NCBI GenBank assembly: GCA_001781125.1
Contig: MFKT01000007.1
Location: 1 to 62,974, forward strand
DNA: 62,974 nt
Direction of reading: 5' to 3'
From: Candidatus Kaiserbacteria bacterium RIFCSPHIGHO2_01_FULL_53_29
GTDB lineage: Bacteria > Patescibacteriota > Minisyncoccia > Phycocordibacterales > UBA2100
The translations under genes and the position numbers were made by a program. Under the pieces are notes generated by a model. It ran no database searches. It was not told the origin of the DNA and worked only from the letters and a program-made list of their open reading frames with translations. Each line of letters starts with the position of its first letter. Position 1 is the stretch's first letter. This document shows positions 55,737 through 62,974 of this stretch, piece after piece.

Positions 55737-56621
55737 TCATTGTGTCTTTCGAGGCCTTAAGAACTGCCGAATTGCGCGAGCGACCTCCTTTTCCCCATCC
55801 TTGAAGCTATGAGGCACTTTGGGGACGATAACGACCCGATGCGGTGCACGTATATGTCCATCGAACCATTCCGCAATCTTTTTCGCGGGGCGATCCGCAA
55901 ATTCGTCTTTTTCGGCGAGGAGGACAAGGGTCGGCACGCGAGATTTTTTTAGCGCCGTAGGATTTTTATGCGGTTGAGAATAAGGAAACAATTCCTCGAC
56001 ACTCTCTCCTGAATACAGACTTAGGAAACGCTGCGCATCGGCAAGAAGCTTCCAGTCCCATACATCTGCCGGCAGAAGATCATGCGCCCTCCCCTTCCGT
56101 ACCAGCTTGCGTGCAACTTCCGCCGCGCGCGTTACTGCTCTCTTTCCGGAAAGCATGGTGGCGGCAGAATAATCACTCATCGGAGCGAGCAAGATAATGC
56201 CCTTGACCCGCTTGCCCTTTTTGTACCCCCAATAAGCAGACTTTTGAGAGCCCGTGGAGTGTCCCGCCAGGTAGATATTTTTGACACCCGCATGTCTTGC
56301 AAAATTGATCGCGCCTTCAATATCATCAATGCAGTCCGTGAATACCTCGTGTGCTGCTCCGCCTTTAATGCGCTTGCCGCCGACACCGGATACACTGGCG
56401 ACTTTGTTATGCCCGCGATTATTGAAAACGAGAACGGCAGTTTCGTGATCGACAAGCTCATCCGCGATCAAGAGCTTGCCGAACATTGAACTTCCAAGCC
56501 CATGGATCCAAATAATCACCCGCTTCGGTTTCTTGGGTCCAAACCACAAGCCGTTCAGGATAAATTTCTTCGGCGTTACGATCTCGACAACATACGCCGC
56601 ACGCATTTGTATTTTCTTCAT
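55737..56621 (-). CDS. Alpha/beta-fold hydrolase
   Basis: IWIHGLGSS and the nucleophile elbow LAGHSTGSQ; 294 aa. Confidence 0.75.
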   Translation of the reverse strand: MKKIQMRAAYVVEIVTPKKFILNGLWFGPKKPKRVIIWIHGLGSSMFGKLLIADELVDHETAVLVFNNRGHNKVASVSGVGGKRIKGGAAHEVFTDCIDDIEGAINFARHAGVKNIYLAGHSTGSQKSAYWGYKKGKRVKGIILLAPMSDYSAATMLSGKRAVTRAAEVARKLVRKGRAHDLLPADVWDWKLLADAQRFLSLYSGESVEELFPYSQPHKNPTALKKSRVPTLVLLAEKDEFADRPAKKIAEWFDGHIRAPHRVVIVPKVPHSFKDGEKEVARAIRQFLRPRKTQ

Positions 56622-56637
56622 ACCTGTTCCCTCGCAT

Positions 56638-56656
56638 CTAGTCCCTAGAACCTAGG
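56638..56656. repeat. CTAGnnn heptamer run in the ahcY-hydrolase gap
   Basis: ctagtcc ctagaac ctagg shares CTAGTCCCTAGAA with the array at 23679. Confidence 0.55.
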
Positions 56657-57910
56657 TTACGTCCCCTCCTGCCAGCTTGAGAGATACTTTTTTTGCTCCG
56701 CGGTGAGCTCGTCGATCTCGATGCCCATCGAGGCAAGCTTTAATTTTGCGACCGTGTTCTCGATATCTTCTGGGACGTCGTAGACGGCGGGAGCGAGACG
56801 CTTTGGCTGTTTGGCCAGCCATTCGCATGCGAGCGCTTGGGTGGAGAAACTCATATCCATGACCGACGCGGGGTGTCCTTCGGCCGCCGCGAGATTCACG
56901 AGGCGGCCTTCAGCCAAAAGATATATTTTTTTGCCTCCGACGGTATATTGATCAACGTTGTCCCTCACGCGCACCGGCTTCCCGCCAAGTTTCTCCAAGT
57001 CCGTGATGCTGACCTCCACATCGAAATGCCCCGCGTTACATACGAATGCGCCGTCTTTCATTTTCTTGAAGTGCTCGCCGCGGATGACATTGATGTCGCC
57101 CGTAACGGTGCAGAAGAGATCGCCTTGCTCGCAGGCTTCTGCCATTGGGAGTACACGAAATCCGTCCATGGCAGCTTCGAGCGCTTTTATCGCATCGACT
57201 TCACATACGATGATATTCGCCCCCATACCACGTGCGCGCATCGCAAGCCCCTTGCCGCACCACCCGTATCCGGCAATGACGAACGTGCGGCCCGCGACGA
57301 GCATGTCGGTCGCGCGGATGATCGCTTCAAGCGTGGATTGGCCTGTGCCGTAACGATTGTCGAAAAGATTCTTTGTCTTTGCGTCGTTGACCGCAACGAG
57401 CGGCATCTTGAGCGCGCCGTCGCGCGCCATCGCGCGCAGCCGGATGACGCCGGTCGTTGTCTCCTCGGTGCCACCGAGCACCGTTTGTAGAAGTCCCGTG
57501 TGGTCTTTGTGAATGGTGGTGACGAGATCTGCCCCATCGTCCATCGTGATGTCGGGTTTTATCGCAACGACTGCCGTGATGTGTTTAAAGAACGTATCGC
57601 GGTCCTCGCCGGAGATCGCAAATACGGGAATGCCGTATTCGCCCACGAGTCCCGCCGCAGCTTCGTCCTGCGAAGAAAGCGGATTCGAGGCACACAATAC
57701 CACCTCTGCCCCACCTGCTTTGAGTGCGATGACGAGGTTCGCCGTCTCGACGGTGACATGGAGACAGGCGCCGATTTTTTTGCCCTTGAAGGGCTGCTCG
57801 CGCGCGAAGCGCTCGCGTATCTGGGAGAGGACCGGCATATCGCGCGCGGCCCATTCGATAAGCCGCTTCCCTTCTGCTCCGAGTGAGATATCTTTGATGT
57901 CGTATTCCAT
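56657..57910 (-). CDS. ahcY: Adenosylhomocysteinase
   Basis: 417 aa. EYDIKDISLGAEGKRLIEWAARDMPVL, and the NAD-binding motif IAGYGWCGKG. Confidence 0.95.
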   Translation of the reverse strand: MEYDIKDISLGAEGKRLIEWAARDMPVLSQIRERFAREQPFKGKKIGACLHVTVETANLVIALKAGGAEVVLCASNPLSSQDEAAAGLVGEYGIPVFAISGEDRDTFFKHITAVVAIKPDITMDDGADLVTTIHKDHTGLLQTVLGGTEETTTGVIRLRAMARDGALKMPLVAVNDAKTKNLFDNRYGTGQSTLEAIIRATDMLVAGRTFVIAGYGWCGKGLAMRARGMGANIIVCEVDAIKALEAAMDGFRVLPMAEACEQGDLFCTVTGDINVIRGEHFKKMKDGAFVCNAGHFDVEVSITDLEKLGGKPVRVRDNVDQYTVGGKKIYLLAEGRLVNLAAAEGHPASVMDMSFSTQALACEWLAKQPKRLAPAVYDVPEDIENTVAKLKLASMGIEIDELTAEQKKYLSSWQEGT

Positions 57911-57932
57911 ATTGTTTGTTATTTGAAATTCG

Positions 57933-58883
57933 CTACTTAGTGCTTTCTATCTGAAGTGTTTCTCCGTATTTTTTCTTGTAGCGATCCTTGATATTTTCCG
58001 TCGTGAAGGTGTGAGTCTGTGTGCCATAGACTTCCACTACGTACGCGGCGGTGACACTCGCAAGCTTCGCACATGATTCCGGAGGAAAACCGACCATCAT
58101 TCCCTTGATGTATCCGGCGCGGTACGCATCGCCCGCACCCGTGGGATCCACAAGCGCTTGTGCCGGACACGCATCCACATGCATTGTACCGGCAGATGTG
58201 ATAATGTCGGATCCTTTTGCACCGTAGGTGACGACCACCGTGTGCACGCGTTCGAGTAGCTCTTGTTCACTCCATCCGGTTTTCTGTTTGATGAGTTCAA
58301 ATTCGTAGTCACTTCCGAAGAGGACCGAGGCTCCCGTGATGCCGTCTCGAAGGATTTCGGGGGTAAGCGCGGGGATCTGCTGCGCAGGGTCGTAGAGATA
58401 TTTGAATCCGCGTTTGCGGTAATACTCCGGTAGCGCCTGCATGTCGGGAACGCAACCGGGGGCAATGATCGCAATGGCACGACCTTCAGTATCCACCAGA
58501 GAATCGTACGCATTCCCTCCCGCACCCTGATGAAATGCCGCGATTTGATTATCGGCTTTGTCGGTGAGAATGAAGGCGGAGGATGTCAGGTCACTCTCAA
58601 GAATGCGGATCGATTTCGGATCCACGCCCGAGAGGAGGAGGTGCGAACGATACGAGCCAAAATCTTTACCGGCTGTCGCGATGATTTCGGGGCTTTCCCC
58701 GAGAAGGGCAAGGTTGTAGGCGATATTGCCGGCCGTGCCGCCAAATTGAATGGAGAGCGTCTCAACCTGAAAACTCAGATTGATACTATGAAGCTTTTCC
58801 GGCATGAAATGCTCTGCAAAGAGCCCCGCAAAATCCATGATGCGGTCATACGCGAGCGAGCCGGAGACAATGACGCGGGACAT
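57933..58883 (-). CDS. PfkB-family carbohydrate/nucleoside kinase (adenosine kinase plausible from context)
   Basis: FGGTAGNIAYNL and DPTGAGDAYRAGY motifs. Immediately upstream of ahcY. TATAAT lies 8 nt before the ATG. Confidence 0.82.
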   Translation of the reverse strand: MSRVIVSGSLAYDRIMDFAGLFAEHFMPEKLHSINLSFQVETLSIQFGGTAGNIAYNLALLGESPEIIATAGKDFGSYRSHLLLSGVDPKSIRILESDLTSSAFILTDKADNQIAAFHQGAGGNAYDSLVDTEGRAIAIIAPGCVPDMQALPEYYRKRGFKYLYDPAQQIPALTPEILRDGITGASVLFGSDYEFELIKQKTGWSEQELLERVHTVVVTYGAKGSDIITSAGTMHVDACPAQALVDPTGAGDAYRAGYIKGMMVGFPPESCAKLASVTAAYVVEVYGTQTHTFTTENIKDRYKKKYGETLQIESTK

Positions 58884-59087
58884 ACGGGGAGATTATACTA
58901 CCAAAGTCCGTTTGAAGCTCGAACTTCAAAAAATGACCTTAACAACAAAGGAAAAGTATGGGCCACGGAAAAATCATGGGGTTGCAATTAGACAGGGTAT
59001 AAAGATCGTGTTGTGGCGTACTAATTCATTAAGATTTCAGCTTCATGGGTTTACAATGATTCCCCTGCGATTCATGACGCGGGTCCT

Positions 59088-59813
59088 ATGTCACTTCAGA
59101 CGAACGACATCCGATCTTCTTCGCTAACATTGGCGATGTCTATCGTCGGCATGCTCTCTTTTTTTGCGCTCACCTCAATAAGTGTCCAGCATGCGTTTGC
59201 ACAAACGCGCGACGACCGAAGCGCGGAAGTACGTACCAACCAGCACGCAAGCGATACGGCGTCGGCGCGGTCCCCATCCACTTTGTCCACAGGTTCATCC
59301 GCCTCGGAGAGTACGAGTGCGAGCTCTCCTCTTCTCAATGATCTCGGTTCTCAGATTAAATACTGTGTCGTATTTCCGCTCCTCAACAGCGCCGGACCTC
59401 CCATACCCACATTCAATGTTCCCGTATGCCCAAACGCGACGAGCACGAAAGTCGATTCCGGAGGCGGAGCTGCCACATCGACCCCAACCGGCACGATCGG
59501 CGGCACGTCTGGTACGAGCACTGCCGCAACAACGTCGGCCCTTGCTGAAGTTGAGAGTAGCGGAGGTGGCGGTGGAAGTCCCTCGGTTAGTTCCGAATCT
59601 TCGGGCGGAGGTGGCGGGCCATCCGGACAAGTTCTCGGCGCCTCCACAAAAGCGCCCGAAAATTTCGGGGTGGGAGGTGGTGGTGGTGAGGTCGGCATGC
59701 CCAACGCGGGAGCAGGAGGCGATATGGTTTTGAACATTCTGGTTCTTTTAATCTCAAGTTTAACGGCCTTGCTAGGCAGCGTGTACCTTTATTTCCACGC
59801 ACGAGTAGCTTAA
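59088..59813 (+). CDS. Ser/Gly/Thr-rich surface protein with sortase-type C-terminal sorting signal (MPNAG)
   Basis: Signal peptide (MSIVGMLSFFALTSISVQHAFA; alternative start at ATG 59136). C-terminus: MPNAG-AGGD-hydrophobic 24 aa-HARVA. Directly upstream of the sortase. Confidence 0.6.
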   Translation: MSLQTNDIRSSSLTLAMSIVGMLSFFALTSISVQHAFAQTRDDRSAEVRTNQHASDTASARSPSTLSTGSSASESTSASSPLLNDLGSQIKYCVVFPLLNSAGPPIPTFNVPVCPNATSTKVDSGGGAATSTPTGTIGGTSGTSTAATTSALAEVESSGGGGGSPSVSSESSGGGGGPSGQVLGASTKAPENFGVGGGGGEVGMPNAGAGGDMVLNILVLLISSLTALLGSVYLYFHARVA

Positions 59814-59846
59814 AGAACTGACTCGGTGTCCATCGCATCGAGAGTT

Positions 59847-60449
59847 ATGAATACGCGACCAGCATGTATCAGCGCGGTTGGTGCGGTCACTGCTCTTGCG
59901 ATCGCAGTTTTCTTGTACGTAGCTGTTCATGCTTTGTTCTATGCGTCCGATAGTGGAGTGAGTGCACCGACTTCGACGATGATCGCCGTCGTCTCCACCT
60001 CGAGCAAACCCGTGCACCTCCAAATACCTTCGCTGCATATCGATGCGAATGTGCAACATGTCGGGATCAATGCGGCGGGCAATATGCAAACACCGGATAA
60101 TTATACCGATGTCGGTTGGTACAAATATGGTACCGTCCCGGGCTATTCCGGCAGCGCGGTCATTGACGGACATGTCGATAATGGCTTGGCGCTCGCCGGC
60201 GTGTTCAAACATTTAGGGGATATCGAGCTGGGAGATGACGTTTATATCATCACGCAGGGCGGTTCAAAACTCCATTTTGTGGTAACGGGTATTGAATTAT
60301 ATCCGTACTCAGATGCGCCGACCGATCTCATTTTCGGGCAAAACTATGCTCCTCGCCTCAATCTTATCACTTGCGCCGGTACGTGGGTTGCGGGCAAGAA
60401 GACATATAGCGAGCGGCTCGTCGTATTCACACAATTGTCGACATCATAA
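59847..60449 (+). CDS. Sortase-family transpeptidase
   Basis: N-terminal anchor, His motif VIDGHVD, Cys motif LNLITCAG, Arg motif SERLVVF. The track start 59826 is GTG; the first ATG is 59847. Confidence 0.8.
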   Translation: MNTRPACISAVGAVTALAIAVFLYVAVHALFYASDSGVSAPTSTMIAVVSTSSKPVHLQIPSLHIDANVQHVGINAAGNMQTPDNYTDVGWYKYGTVPGYSGSAVIDGHVDNGLALAGVFKHLGDIELGDDVYIITQGGSKLHFVVTGIELYPYSDAPTDLIFGQNYAPRLNLITCAGTWVAGKKTYSERLVVFTQLSTS

Positions 60450-60638
60450 AGACTACAGGTATTTAAAGGGTTTTCCTGTCGATATGACCTGACCCCCAAA
60501 TTTCAGACATGCTGAAATACAAGACGGTGTATCATTTGTGACGTTATCCACATACAAAAGTTGCCATAGCGGATCTAGTGCGCACACACCATCCCCCCGT
60601 TTTTGAGGAACATTATAAAACGGCGGGATGGCTCCCTG

Positions 60639-61925
60639 CTAATGAATTTGGAGCGTCGCAAACGAGGCGGTGTAAAGCGACCCATATGTAGCCCACTTAC
60701 TTTCTTCCGCAGTCCCCGTCAATTGATACACTTTCGTTGCGCTTGCGACAACGAACACTTTGGTGCGAATGATTACACCCTGTACCACGTCAGTTTGTTC
60801 GAGTGTGTATCCCGGCATTCCATAGAATGAGACATCGCTCCTGCTTACGAAAGTGCCTTTTGCCGCCATCTCCGTTTCATCCGCCGATAAACTAAACCCT
60901 GCACGCTTACTACGGATCAAAATAGTTTGTATACTCCAATCTGGGTCACTGGGATTTTTGAACACGACCATCGTGAGCCCGTTCGATTCGCCTGCGGCAA
61001 ATGAAGAATCCATAATTGCGCCGCCCTGCCAACCCGAGGGAGGTCGCAAAGTCTGTGTGCCCTTAGGGGTTGTGTAGGTGTTTGACTCAAGGAAAGAATT
61101 ATTCGTGAATGTACCTGCGGGAATAGATCCGAGTCCGGTAATTGAAGACGAAGGAGAGGGGGCGGGAGTTGGCTTTGGTTGTGGCGGAGCGGGTTTAGGT
61201 TTTGGTGAAGGTGTCAGTTGGTTAGGAGCGTTCGTAGTTTGAGTGACTGAATTCGTATTCGGCGTTTCTGTTTCGGAGTTCATTGATTCCGGCATGAGCG
61301 TATTTTGCTGAGCCGTTTTTGCAGGATGCAATACGATGTAAGCACCGGCGCCAACTGCCGCCAGCGCAACAAGTGTAAAAAGGGTCCAAAAAACTTTTCC
61401 CAGAGAACCTGTCGGGGCCTTGTCTCCAATAAGACCGGCCCACCACGACCGATACGAGACGGGTGTGCCGTAAGTATTTGGCACAGGGTTACCAGGCCAG
61501 AGTGAAATTACGATCCACGCAATTGATCCGATTGCGATAATCGCCCATGCCCACGGAGCGTATTGCGGTATACCACTTTGAGAAGTCCCTGTCCCTCCGA
61601 ATATATAAACTACCGCTGCTACAGCCCAAAAAAGAAGCACAATCCAACCCGAGAGATTAATGTCGTGCAACCGCCGAATTTGTAGTCCGAGTCCAACGAA
61701 GAATCCAAAAATACCCGCGACAAGAGCCGGAAGAAATGCTAGAAGCGCGACACCAATAACCCCGGCGAAAAGGCCGCCGATGGAGGTTGGTGAGGTTTGA
61801 CTTAGAATCGAAGCGCCAAGCGCACCGAACAAAAACGCGCCTCCTACACCAACGACCAAATTGATAAGAAGGAGCAAGAATACCGATTTCCAATAATCGC
61901 CAACTCCTGTTCGTCCGTTAAACAT
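60639..61925 (-). CDS. DUF805-type membrane domain fused to Pro-rich linker and extracytoplasmic PsbP-like domain
   Basis: GRTGVGDYWKSV...RRLHDINLSGW hallmark, further TM helices, and a PSPKPKPAPPQPKPTPAPSP linker. TGATACGAT lies 9 nt before the ATG. Confidence 0.7.
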   Translation of the reverse strand: MFNGRTGVGDYWKSVFLLLLINLVVGVGGAFLFGALGASILSQTSPTSIGGLFAGVIGVALLAFLPALVAGIFGFFVGLGLQIRRLHDINLSGWIVLLFWAVAAVVYIFGGTGTSQSGIPQYAPWAWAIIAIGSIAWIVISLWPGNPVPNTYGTPVSYRSWWAGLIGDKAPTGSLGKVFWTLFTLVALAAVGAGAYIVLHPAKTAQQNTLMPESMNSETETPNTNSVTQTTNAPNQLTPSPKPKPAPPQPKPTPAPSPSSSITGLGSIPAGTFTNNSFLESNTYTTPKGTQTLRPPSGWQGGAIMDSSFAAGESNGLTMVVFKNPSDPDWSIQTILIRSKRAGFSLSADETEMAAKGTFVSRSDVSFYGMPGYTLEQTDVVQGVIIRTKVFVVASATKVYQLTGTAEESKWATYGSLYTASFATLQIH

Positions 61926-61932
61926 TGTGCCT

Positions 61933-62529
61933 CTATCGTATCATGCCACTATTGTCTAGTGTGGCCTTGTCCCCTGACGACATCGCAGTCGTTCGCGACT
62001 GCAAATCCTTTAATTTTTGCACTGCTTCTTCTGCGGAACATGGCAACATAACACGCGGGATGTAAATTTGCGCCTTTCCGCCATCGTCCAACCCAAGTCC
62101 ACCTGCCGAACTAGTTATTTCCGTGCTCAGCTGCTGCAACAGCGGTTGTGCGTCGGCGAAATTCGGATCGTTGAGGTATATCGCGACAAACTTATGTTTT
62201 TGTGGAATGATCTGCCGACCTGTTTTGATCGTCTGCGTTGCAACAGCGATATTTTGTATTTTGTTCCATGGAATTTTCAACGTTGATCCTTTTTTCAAGG
62301 CGCTTGTTGGAGTGATTCCTTCTCCATCCGCAACAAGTGCGATGCGCGATCTGAACATCGGATACACAGCGCACAGGCTAAAAAAGCCAGCAGTAATTGT
62401 TCCCCATAGATATTCGCCGTTCCACAACATCAAAAACCCAATGGCGACAAAAATGACCGCAATAATAAAGATTCCGACTTTTTTCCACAGCGGTTGTTTA
62501 AGTATAAGAGTTTTAGAGTTATTAGGCAT
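61933..62529 (-). CDS. Hypothetical two-TM membrane protein
   Basis: Start set at ATG 62529 (MPNNSKTLILKQPLWKKVGIFIIAV...). The extension to 62622 would translate the C/G-run of the structured region. Confidence 0.45.
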   Translation of the reverse strand: MPNNSKTLILKQPLWKKVGIFIIAVIFVAIGFLMLWNGEYLWGTITAGFFSLCAVYPMFRSRIALVADGEGITPTSALKKGSTLKIPWNKIQNIAVATQTIKTGRQIIPQKHKFVAIYLNDPNFADAQPLLQQLSTEITSSAGGLGLDDGGKAQIYIPRVMLPCSAEEAVQKLKDLQSRTTAMSSGDKATLDNSGMIR

Positions 62530-62636
62530 GAAAATCCCGAACAATCGCAGAATATCACGTTCTTCATGCAGTTTACAGGTGTCAACAAGTGACGCCGCCC
62601 CTGCCCCCTGCCGCCCATTCAATTTTCAAAAACTCC

Positions 62637-62974
62637 TGCCTGCGTGGCCGAAGCCACTTCGGCGAGGCGAAGGCCCGCGAAATAGATGAGAATGGAGGAG
62701 TGTGCGGCGGGGCGGGGGCGGGCACCAATTGAATCTTGTCTCTGTCCTTGTGACCCTACGGGGAAAGCTCCCGCGACTAAATGCGCGCCGTCGCGCGCAT
62801 TTGTCTGGGCACCGGCTCGCGGTCCCGCAAGCTTGCGGGATATCGCTGCGCCGTTCGATTCCCCGTCGCAACAGTGTTCAAACACTGTTGCTTAGGGTCA
62901 AATCTTTTGGCTTCGCCAAAATTTTGACTCTATACAACTCTGCTCGAACCTATTTTAGCACTAACGGCTGATGT
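62637..62974. ncRNA. GC-rich multi-hairpin region: probable structured RNA (identity and strand unresolved), runs to window end
   Basis: Five strong hairpins: 62644-62657 (a UUCG loop if transcribed from the minus strand), 62781-62800 (8-bp stem), 62823-62840 (18-nt palindrome), 62868-62891 (9-bp stem) and 62897-62928. Three mutually exclusive pairings lie in 62644-62672. No convincing ORF. Confidence 0.3.

Noticed and set aside
62846-62870. A T-loop-like GTTCGATTCCCC that suggested a tRNA or tmRNA 3' end.
   Set aside because: The flanking bases (CGCCG / CCCCG) cannot form a T-stem. No acceptor stem, anticodon arm or CCA context could be folded on either strand.

Overview
This 62,974-bp window comes from a compact, gene-dense bacterial genome that uses the standard genetic code (TGA is a stop). 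Tiny intergenic gaps, trimmed housekeeping proteins, a sortase and many very large secreted proteins suggest a Patescibacteria/CPR (Parcubacteria-like) organism. That placement is my inference, not a database result.

Core genes:
- grpE-dnaK-dnaJ
- five aminoacyl-tRNA synthetases (trpS, aspS, gltX, cysS, leuS)
- scpAB
- a cell-wall block (DD-carboxypeptidase, mraY, ftsW, murG, M23 peptidase)
- rpmA, rplI, ctpA-like protease, corA-like channel, ychF
- a complete F1Fo operon, atpBEFHAG-[2 unknown ORFs]-DC
- ahcY plus a PfkB kinase

Accessory content:
- a hicBA cassette inserted into the 5' end of rplI
- an AT-richer Fic/exonuclease/Nudix islet
- a sortase with a substrate carrying a non-canonical sorting signal
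- a ~14-kb island (34.7-48.8 kb) of large secreted proteins. It holds a 1324-aa propeller-lipase-like protein, a Cys-rich coiled-coil protein, and three tandem putative peptidoglycan-cleaving paralogs that share an 84-aa C-terminal domain.

Most unusual observations:
1. LeuRS carries an inserted serine-hydrolase domain and an inserted Nudix domain.
2. There are several families of intergenic inverted repeats: a 133-nt element x3, CCCCGTTAGA...TCTAACGGGG x3, and arrays of degenerate 7-mers. In most cases they span the gap from the upstream gene end to within 0-11 nt of the next ATG.
3. At 19 gene starts a -10 box lies 6-9 nt before the start codon, which points to widespread leaderless expression.
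4. Two unknown ORFs sit inside the atp operon.
5. The window ends in a GC-rich multi-hairpin region, a likely ncRNA or leader.

No rRNA, tRNA, CRISPR array or transposase was seen.
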